A stretch of DNA of 37,642 nucleotides from Clostridia bacterium (GTDB taxonomy: Bacteria; Bacillota; Clostridia; Oscillospirales; CAG-272), in NCBI GenBank assembly GCA_017451975.1, contig JAFTNI010000218.1, positions 1-37,642 of the forward strand, read 5' to 3'. The translations under genes were made by a program, and so were the position numbers. Below the pieces are notes generated by a model. The model saw only the letters and a list, made by a program, of their open reading frames with translations, was not told where the DNA came from and searched no databases. Shown here piece after piece: positions 31,332 to 37,642 of this stretch. Every line of letters begins with the position of its first letter. The stretch's first letter is position 1.

Positions 31332-31781
31332 ATGTATTTTTACCAAAGACTTCGTGATTTAAGGGAAGATAATGATAGAAGCCAGAGTGAAATAGCAGAA
31401 ATTCTGAACACATCGCGCGAGCAATACAGCAGGTGGGAAAGCGGCAAGCGCGAGCTGCCGATGCACAATTTTATAGCTTTAGCTCGGTATTATAGCGTAT
31501 CTCTCGATTATCTTGCAGGGCTTGTAAGCGAGCCTAGAAAGCTAGAATGCACAGAACCGTATATGTGCTATTACAAGAGGCTTCGTGAATTGCGAAAAAA
31601 TAACGGTAAAAGTCAAAGCGAAATATCGGAAATTTTGAATACGTTGCAAGAGCAATACAGCAGGTGGGAAAATGGCAAACGAGAGCTTCCCATGCACCAT
31701 TTTATAACTTTAGCGAGGTACTACAACGTATCGCTCGATTACCTCGCGGGGCTCATAAGCGAGCCAAGGAAATTGAGGTAA
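31332..31781 (+). CDS. single-chain tandem Xre-family HTH protein (two HTH_3 domains)
   Basis: Residues 1-74 and 78-149 are about 75-80% identical (YQRLRDLREDNDRSQSEIAEILNTSREQYSRWESGKRELPMHNFIALARYYSVSLDYLAGLVSEPRKL versus YKRLRELRKNNGKSQSEISEILNTLQEQYSRWENGKRELPMHHFITLARYYNVSLDYLAGLISEPRKL). Confidence 0.8.
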   Translation: MYFYQRLRDLREDNDRSQSEIAEILNTSREQYSRWESGKRELPMHNFIALARYYSVSLDYLAGLVSEPRKLECTEPYMCYYKRLRELRKNNGKSQSEISEILNTLQEQYSRWENGKRELPMHHFITLARYYNVSLDYLAGLISEPRKLR

Positions 31782-31797
31782 ATATTGGGGGCAAAAT

Positions 31798-32367
31798 ATG
31801 GATTTTGATATTTTTACGGAAAGAGAAGCCGTGGGCGCAAAAACGGAATACGGCATTTTGCTCGGCGGCGAAGCGACCGTTTTTATAAAAGCGGGGCGCG
31901 GCGGCACATACCGCGGCGAGGGGGATAAATATTTGCGCTTTGCCGCTTTTCTGCGCGAAAAATACGGTGCAAGCGTTATTTGCTCCGGTAACGCCGAGGC
32001 TTGCAAAAGCTCGCTCGAAGCAGATATATCCGTTTTGCGCGAATACGCGCGCGGCGGGCTTTACCTTTGGGGCACGTCAGACGGCGCGTTTAAATGCACG
32101 GAAATTGCGTGCGCGCTGCCTTTTGAGAAAATGGTGCTTGTTAATATGCCGCTTATGATAAATTTTCATAAAACCAAGGCAAGGCTTGCGGCGCTCGATG
32201 CTTCGCGCATAGCTTTTGCATACGGCGAAGCCGACCCATCCTTTAAATACGTGCCGTTTTTACGCTCGCTTGAGGGCGCTAAAAGCATTACTCTTGAAAA
32301 AACGGGGCACGTAACGGCGTGCAAGCCCGAGGAATGTGCGCTTTTTGCGCGGTTGCTTTTTGAATAA
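31798..32367 (+). CDS. hypothetical protein, possibly alpha/beta-hydrolase-like
   Basis: 189 aa with a GGGGG RBS. The only hint is weak resemblance to alpha/beta hydrolases (GTSDGA resembles a nucleophile elbow). Confidence 0.4.
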   Translation: MDFDIFTEREAVGAKTEYGILLGGEATVFIKAGRGGTYRGEGDKYLRFAAFLREKYGASVICSGNAEACKSSLEADISVLREYARGGLYLWGTSDGAFKCTEIACALPFEKMVLVNMPLMINFHKTKARLAALDASRIAFAYGEADPSFKYVPFLRSLEGAKSITLEKTGHVTACKPEECALFARLLFE

Positions 32368-32381
32368 ACAAGGAGAATTAT

Positions 32382-33854
32382 ATGAGAAATATCTGCGTAA
32401 GCATAAACGACGAAAAAGGCAAGGTGGATAGATTTTTTGCGCGCTGTATAAGCGCGGGGCGCGCGGGCGAGCTTATGCGCTTTCCCGTTATGGAGCAGCT
32501 TGAGCGCGCGCGGCGCGAATGCGGTTTTGAATACATTCGCTTCCACGGGCTTTTCCACGAGGAGATGAACGTTGTGCGCCGAAACGCGGCGAGCAAGCCG
32601 GAATTTTCTTTTGCATATATAGATATGCTTTTTGATAAGCTTCTTTCCATAGGTATTCGCCCCGTTTGCGAGCTTGGGCTTATGCCTCGCGATATGGCAA
32701 GCGAGGAAAAATACGTTTTCTGGTGGAAAATGAACGTTTCTATGCCGCGCGATATGGCGGAATGGGGGGCGCTCGTGGCGGCTTTCGTGCGCCACGTAAC
32801 GAACCGCTATGGCGAAGACGAGGTTAAAAAGTGGTATTTTGAGGTTTGGAACGAGCCTAATCACCCTCACTTTTTCACGGAATATAAGAACAAAGAGGCG
32901 TATTTTGCGCTTTACGATGCGGCGGCGCTCGCCGTAAAGGGTGTTAACGCCGAATACCGTGTGGGTGGCCCCGCCTCTGCGGGCATGGCGTGGATAGATG
33001 ATATAATTGAGCATTGCCGCGAAAACGGCGTGCCGATAGATTTCATAACGAGCCACTCTTACGGGGCGCGCGGCGATTTCGACCCCGACGGTAACGCCGT
33101 AATCATTATACGCGAGCTGGATAAGGTGGCAAACGAGGTGCGCGCTAACGGCGAAAAATGCAAAAATAACGGCTTGCCGCTTGTTGTAACAGAGTGGTCG
33201 CCCTCATATTCATCTACCGACACAGTACACGACCACTATTTTTGCGCGGCTTACCTTTTGAACACGCTCAAAAAATGCGAGGGATATGCCGAAATGATGT
33301 CTTATTGGGTAATTTCCGATATTTTTGAGGAGGTTGCACCGCCAACGTCGCCTTTCCACGGCGGCTTTGGGCTTATCAATATGCAGGGCGTGCCGAAGCC
33401 TGTTTATCACGCATACACTTTTCTTGCCGCACTTGGCGAAACGGAGCTTGCCTGCGGCGACGAAAGCGCATACGCCGCAAAAAGCGCGCGCGGAGCGCAA
33501 GTGCTTGCGTGGAACACCGCTTTGCCCTGTAAAGTGGAAAGCAGAAAATATTTTGCGGGCGAAATTGCAAACGGCGAAGCCGAAAGCATAGCCGTTTCCA
33601 TAGGCGGGCTTGAAGCGGGCAAAACGTACACGGTTTGCAGAAAGACATTGGGCAAGGGTAAAGGCGACCCGTGGCTTGAATATAAAAGCGGAAAATACGG
33701 CACGCTTGAAAAGCTTCACGAAGCAGAGGCGCTTGCGGCGGCTTCGAAGCCCGTAGAGGAACGCTTTAGCGCCACGGCAGACGAAAGCGGCACGCTCCGC
33801 TTTACTCTTGAGCAAAGAGAAAACCAAGTTGACCTTGCAGAAATAGAATTTTGA
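32382..33854 (+). CDS. glycoside hydrolase family 39-like (beta-xylosidase/alpha-L-iduronidase clan GH-A)
   Basis: FEYIRFHGLFHEEM and the acid/base motif WYFEVWNEPN. A nucleophile region TEWS is present. Confidence 0.7.
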   Translation: MRNICVSINDEKGKVDRFFARCISAGRAGELMRFPVMEQLERARRECGFEYIRFHGLFHEEMNVVRRNAASKPEFSFAYIDMLFDKLLSIGIRPVCELGLMPRDMASEEKYVFWWKMNVSMPRDMAEWGALVAAFVRHVTNRYGEDEVKKWYFEVWNEPNHPHFFTEYKNKEAYFALYDAAALAVKGVNAEYRVGGPASAGMAWIDDIIEHCRENGVPIDFITSHSYGARGDFDPDGNAVIIIRELDKVANEVRANGEKCKNNGLPLVVTEWSPSYSSTDTVHDHYFCAAYLLNTLKKCEGYAEMMSYWVISDIFEEVAPPTSPFHGGFGLINMQGVPKPVYHAYTFLAALGETELACGDESAYAAKSARGAQVLAWNTALPCKVESRKYFAGEIANGEAESIAVSIGGLEAGKTYTVCRKTLGKGKGDPWLEYKSGKYGTLEKLHEAEALAAASKPVEERFSATADESGTLRFTLEQRENQVDLAEIEF

Positions 33855-33865
33855 GGCGGAAACAT

Positions 33866-34603
33866 ATGAAATATATTGAAGAATACTTAGGAAAAACGGT
33901 GAATATCGTTATAGACAGGCCGCTTGGCAGCGCCCACCCGCAGTTTCCGGGGCTTATCTACCCCGTGAATTACGGCTATATACCCGAAACCGTGGGCGGC
34001 GACGGCGAGGAAACAGACGTTTACCTTTTGGGCGTAAGCGAGCCCGTGCGCGAATACACGGCAAAAATCATTGGCATAATCTACCGCGAAAACGACGATG
34101 AATATAAGCTTGCCGCCGCGCCGGAGGGCGTGGTGTTCAACCAGGCGGAAATTGCCGAAGCGGTGCATTTTCAGGAAAAATATTTTAAAACGGAAATAGA
34201 CGCTTTCTACCATAAATCGTGCGGAGCTATAGTTTTTCGCGAAAACGCGGGCGTGCGGGAATACCTTTGCCTTCTGCAAACGAAATCGGGCTCTTACAGC
34301 GTGCCGAAGGGCCACGCAGAAGCCTTTGAAACAGAGCACGTAACGGCGCAGAGAGAGGCGAGCGAGGAAGCGGGCATAGAGCTTTCTTTCATTCGCGGCT
34401 TCCGCATGGAGATGTATTATGAAATTTTCGGCGGAAGGCAAAAAACGCTCGTGCTGTTTCTTGCAAAATGCAAGGGCGAGCCGAAATATGACGGCAAAGA
34501 AATATCGGCGCACCGATGGCTGAAGCTTGCCGAGGCAAAAAAGCTTCTGCCCGCCGACTACGGCTCGTTTTTAGACGCGGCGGAAGCGTATGAATTGAAG
34601 TAA
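33866..34603 (+). CDS. fusion protein: inorganic pyrophosphatase-like domain + NUDIX hydrolase domain
   Basis: N-terminal YPVNYGYIPETVGGDGEETDVYLL resembles family I PPase. C-terminal Nudix box GHAEAFETEHVTAQREASEEAGI fits GX5EX7REUXEEXGU. Confidence 0.7.
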   Translation: MKYIEEYLGKTVNIVIDRPLGSAHPQFPGLIYPVNYGYIPETVGGDGEETDVYLLGVSEPVREYTAKIIGIIYRENDDEYKLAAAPEGVVFNQAEIAEAVHFQEKYFKTEIDAFYHKSCGAIVFRENAGVREYLCLLQTKSGSYSVPKGHAEAFETEHVTAQREASEEAGIELSFIRGFRMEMYYEIFGGRQKTLVLFLAKCKGEPKYDGKEISAHRWLKLAEAKKLLPADYGSFLDAAEAYELK

Positions 34604-34613
34604 GGAGGAGAAT

Positions 34614-35300
34614 ATGGGTTACAGTAACACGTCAAAGGGACGGGGAGTAAAGGGCAGCAAATATTGGATACAGACCGTGGTGGAAGAAGAGGAGCTCCGT
34701 CGTGCGCTTGAAAGCGAGCTTGGCGAGGCGCTTGAGTGGCTTTCGCCGCTTGCGGGCAATGAAAATACATACGATGAATATGAGCTTCGCGATGGGTACG
34801 TTTGCGAGCGCTTGGGGCTTTTCTGGGCAGATGCGGAAAGGTTTTTTGCATTCTGGCCCAAGCGCCAGCCGCAGTGGGATGCGCTCGCGCTTGGCGGCGA
34901 GGGCACCGTGCTATACCTTTTCGAGGCGAAGGCGCACGTAACAGAGCTTGAAAGCAAATGTGCCGCAACCAACGTATACAGCAAGGAGCTTATAATAAAA
35001 TCCATGAATGAAGTAAAGGAAAAATATTTTGCGCGCGGCGACTTTGAAGCGTGGCTCAATAAATATTATCAGCTTGGCAACAGGCTCACCTTCCTTCGCA
35101 AGCTAGGCGAAAAGCCTTTCGGCAAAATAAGCGCGGTAAAACTCGTACTTTTGAATTTTGTGAATGATAACACGTATATTCCCACGCCGAAAGAGGAGTG
35201 GGAGGGGCACTATAAAAGCGTTCTTGCCGAAATGACGGGCGGGGAAAGCCCGCCCGAGGACGTGATAATAATAAATTACGACGTGGGTAATTTAAAGTAA
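34614..35300 (+). CDS. hypothetical protein with PD-(D/E)XK nuclease-like motif
   Basis: QWDALAL...TVLYLFEAKAH fits D...(D/E)xK. No adjacent methyltransferase or other defence gene. Confidence 0.45.
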   Translation: MGYSNTSKGRGVKGSKYWIQTVVEEEELRRALESELGEALEWLSPLAGNENTYDEYELRDGYVCERLGLFWADAERFFAFWPKRQPQWDALALGGEGTVLYLFEAKAHVTELESKCAATNVYSKELIIKSMNEVKEKYFARGDFEAWLNKYYQLGNRLTFLRKLGEKPFGKISAVKLVLLNFVNDNTYIPTPKEEWEGHYKSVLAEMTGGESPPEDVIIINYDVGNLK

Positions 35301-35318
35301 GACTTCGTGAGGTAAAAT

Positions 35319-36017
35319 ATGAAGGACGGCAAAAAACAAATTCTTATTGCAGACGATGAAAAGGAAATAAGAGATATACTGAAAATTCTGCTTTCGGAAG
35401 CGGGCTATAATATTCTTTGCGCCGAGGATGGGCAGGCGGCGCTGGAGCTTGCAAACCAGGAAACAGACCTTTATATTCTAGACGTAAATATGCCGCGCCT
35501 TTCGGGCTTCGCCGCAGGCGCGGAAATAAGAAAAAAATATGATGCGCCCATAGTTTTTCTCACGGCTTACTCGGGCGAATCTGATAAAGTTATGGGCTTT
35601 GCCGTGGGGGCAGATGATTATATAGTCAAGCCGTTTTCGGGCGCAGAGCTTATTATGCGCGTGAAGGCAATACTGCGGCGAAGCGCGCCGAAAGAGCAGG
35701 CGCAAGCGCCGAAGGCGGCGGAAAACCTGCTTATGCTCGGCGACCTTTACCTCGATACGGCAAGCCAAGCGATTATAAAAGAGGGCGAAGCCACGGCGCT
35801 TACTTATACGGAATTTAAAATTCTCGAGCTGCTTTTGAATAATCGCAAGCGCATTTTTTCGCTGGAGCAGATATATTCAAGCGTATGGGATGAAAACGCC
35901 GTTGGTGACAGCGCCATAATGGTGCATATAAAAAACATAAGAAAAAAGCTTGGCGACGATTCCAGAAACCCAAGGTATATCAAAACGGCGTGGGGCAGGG
36001 GGTATTACGTTGACTGA
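35319..36017 (+). CDS. OmpR-family response regulator
   Basis: REC domain (ILIADDE...LDVNMP...KPF) plus a winged-helix output domain (LTYTEFKILELL...IKTAWGRGY). Confidence 0.9.
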   Translation: MKDGKKQILIADDEKEIRDILKILLSEAGYNILCAEDGQAALELANQETDLYILDVNMPRLSGFAAGAEIRKKYDAPIVFLTAYSGESDKVMGFAVGADDYIVKPFSGAELIMRVKAILRRSAPKEQAQAPKAAENLLMLGDLYLDTASQAIIKEGEATALTYTEFKILELLLNNRKRIFSLEQIYSSVWDENAVGDSAIMVHIKNIRKKLGDDSRNPRYIKTAWGRGYYVD

Positions 36018-37041
36018 AAAAGCAAAAAGAAGGCGAAAGCTTTCGTATGAAATACTCGGCCTTTTTGCCGTGTGCTTTGCGGCGGCGCTCGTGCTGTTTT
36101 TTTTCCTGATTTTTTTCGGCATAGGCGTGGCAGAGGAATATTGCTGGGAAAACGGCATACCGCTTGATGAAGAGGCGCTCTACCGCCTGGATGGCTTTGT
36201 TTTCAGCGTTAGCCTCGCCGTTTCCGTTATATTTTTTGCGGTTTTGTTCATTGTGCTTTTCGGCGAGCGCCTTGCGTATATCGGAACGATAATAAAGGGG
36301 GTAGACATACTGCGCGGCGGTGAAATGGGCTACCGCCTGCCGCTGGAGGGCAACAACGAGCTTACGGCGCTTGCAGAGGCAATAAACTATCTTTCCGAAA
36401 CGGAAGCGGCGGTGAAAGCGCGCGAGCGCGGGCTGAAGGAGGAAAAGGAGGCGCTTATACGCGCGCTTTCGCACGATATACGCACACCGCTTACCTCTAT
36501 AATAGCCTATACAGAGCTGCTTTCCGCAAAAGAAAACGCCACCGCGCAAGAAATGAGCGAATATTTTTCGCTTGTGGAAAAGAAGGCAGGTCAAATAAAG
36601 AGCATAACGGAAATATTGCTCGACGGCGGCAAGCGCAACGTGGAGCATTTTGAAAATGCGCGCCTGCTTATAGAGCAGCTTGTGTGTGAATTTGAAGAAG
36701 CGCTGGAGGAAAGCTTTACGCTCAAGGTGGATATTTCAGCTTGCGCGGCGTTTGCGGGTAGCTTTGATGTTCAGGAAATGCGAAGAATTTTCGATAACCT
36801 TATTTCCAACGTGCAAAAATACGCCGCGCACGAAAAGCCCGTGGAGCTTACCGTTGAAAATGGCGAGCGCGGGCTTACCGTAAGGCAGAAAAACGCCGTA
36901 AAAAAGAACGCTCATCAGGCGCAAAGCTACAAAATGGGGCTTTACAGCATACTCCGTATTGCACAGAATTACGGCGGCGGCGCAGAGGTGCGCCAAAGCG
37001 AAGATGAATTTGAAATTATTATCACACTTTCAAATCTTTAG
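36010..37041 (+). CDS. sensor histidine kinase
   Basis: Two TM helices, HAMP-like segment, H-box LSHDIRTPLTSI and an ATPase domain. The start is uncertain: TTG 36010 overlaps the RR stop, and the ORF is open from 35950. Confidence 0.8.
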   Translation: MTEKAKRRRKLSYEILGLFAVCFAAALVLFFFLIFFGIGVAEEYCWENGIPLDEEALYRLDGFVFSVSLAVSVIFFAVLFIVLFGERLAYIGTIIKGVDILRGGEMGYRLPLEGNNELTALAEAINYLSETEAAVKARERGLKEEKEALIRALSHDIRTPLTSIIAYTELLSAKENATAQEMSEYFSLVEKKAGQIKSITEILLDGGKRNVEHFENARLLIEQLVCEFEEALEESFTLKVDISACAAFAGSFDVQEMRRIFDNLISNVQKYAAHEKPVELTVENGERGLTVRQKNAVKKNAHQAQSYKMGLYSILRIAQNYGGGAEVRQSEDEFEIIITLSNL

Positions 37042-37147
37042 AATTCTTCAGAATTTTCTGCGGAATTTCTTCAGAAAACTGTGTTATTCTATAATCACCA
37101 AAGGGGAACACCCAAAAAAATAAAAAATTGAAAGTGAGGATTTTAAT

Positions 37148-37489
37148 ATGTTTACATCTTTGGATTTATTGGTAGTTGTATCTATGGGGATCATAGCGGC
37201 AACGTTTCTTTCGCTTATGCTTATGTTCCTTCTCAAAAATCAGAAAGCGAAAAGAGTTTTCTTCTACATCGTAGTGGCGCTCGGCGTTTACGTTTCCACA
37301 ATAGGCTTCCGTATAGGTATAACGGGCTTTATAGAGCAGGTTGTGCTTGCTGTGCTTGCGGCGCTTATGAGCGTGGGCGCATTCGTGCTTGAAAGAGCTG
37401 CAGGCGGCGATGGCAAAAAGCTTCGCATCGCGCGCATTATCGCGGCGGCGGCGCTTGTGCTCGGCATAATATCGGCACTCTTTATATGA
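37148..37489 (+). CDS. small integral membrane protein, hypothetical
   Basis: 113 aa with about 4 hydrophobic helices and a GTGAGGA RBS. Confidence 0.5.
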   Translation: MFTSLDLLVVVSMGIIAATFLSLMLMFLLKNQKAKRVFFYIVVALGVYVSTIGFRIGITGFIEQVVLAVLAALMSVGAFVLERAAGGDGKKLRIARIIAAAALVLGIISALFI

Positions 37490-37493
37490 TGAA

Positions 37494-37524
37494 AAAAGGT
37501 GTAACCGAGAGGTTACACCTTTTT
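37494..37524. terminator. bidirectional terminator
   Basis: aaaaggtgtaacc-gaga-ggttacacctttt. Confidence 0.8.
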
Positions 37525-37555
37525 AAATTGCTATATTTATGTATCAGCCTATGTA

Positions 37556-37642
37556 TCAGCCCCACAAGCTGAAGTTGTGAAGATACCATTTGCCGCCGAT
37601 TTTAATAACTATGATTGTGAATTCTTCTTCGCCGTCATCGTC
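37556..37642 (-). CDS. 3' end of an unidentified minus-strand gene (partial)
   Basis: The open frame on the minus strand reads ...DDDGEEEFTIIVIKIGGKWYLHNFSLWG-stop and runs off the window edge. Confidence 0.35.
   Translation of the reverse strand, partial: DDDGEEEFTIIVIKIGGKWYLHNFSLWG

Noticed and set aside
37538-37561. Exact 12-nt tandem duplication tatgtatcagcc x2 at the 3' end of the partial minus-strand gene
   Set aside because: This is a single two-copy microduplication that includes the stop codon. It is too short to be a functional repeat array and is probably a slippage scar.
1-37642. Looked for tRNA/rRNA genes, CRISPR arrays, transposases or integrases, and prophage blocks
   Set aside because: I found no spaced arrays of three or more repeat units, no T-loop/acceptor-like tRNA signatures, and no ORF with transposase, integrase or recombinase motifs. 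The only repeats found are those listed under features.

Overview
The window looks like an anaerobic Firmicutes/Clostridia-type chromosome. The taxon is an inference from gene content, Shine-Dalgarno sites and the clostridial Re-citrate synthase. There are three blocks.

(1) 0.4-5.7 kb, minus strand: an oxidative TCA-branch operon of Re-citrate synthase, GntR, aconitase and isocitrate dehydrogenase. It is driven by a consensus TTGACA-N17-TATAAT promoter that overlaps a FadR/GntR-type palindrome.

(2) 6.0-21.9 kb, plus strand: one tightly packed array. It holds an RpiR regulator, an acetate/propionate kinase and a complete glycyl-radical-enzyme bacterial microcompartment (GRM) locus of the fucose/rhamnose type.
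- Enzymes: class II aldolase, CoA-acylating aldehyde dehydrogenase, Zn alcohol dehydrogenase, PduL, a PduS-like Fe-S flavoprotein, an 842-aa glycyl radical enzyme and its activase.
- Shell: four BMC-H proteins, a BMC-P, a PduT-like BMC-T and a PduU/EutS-type protein.
- A EutP/PduV GTPase follows.
- The array ends with a ParA/MinD-type ATPase translationally coupled to the GTPase gene, plus an overlapping 65-aa Ala/Pro/Lys-rich partner ORF. I consider this candidate McdAB-like positioning module for a catabolic microcompartment the most interesting item.
- Also notable in the locus: Cys-rich 'ECKC' linkers next to the encapsulation peptides of two different enzymes, three unusually long structured spacers, and a 57-nt repeat placed identically upstream of two genes.

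(3) 22-37.6 kb: mixed accessory genes. These are CapD-like dehydratase, a convergent pair of uncharacterised paralogs, a RibD_C-YjbR fusion, DUF1294, a GH95 fucosidase, a SpoVB/MOP flippase, a single-chain tandem Xre repressor, GH39, a PPase-Nudix fusion, a PD-(D/E)XK-like orphan and an OmpR/HK two-component pair.

I recognised no tRNA, rRNA, CRISPR array or transposase. Many long ORFs in the track are codon-aligned antisense shadows and were rejected.
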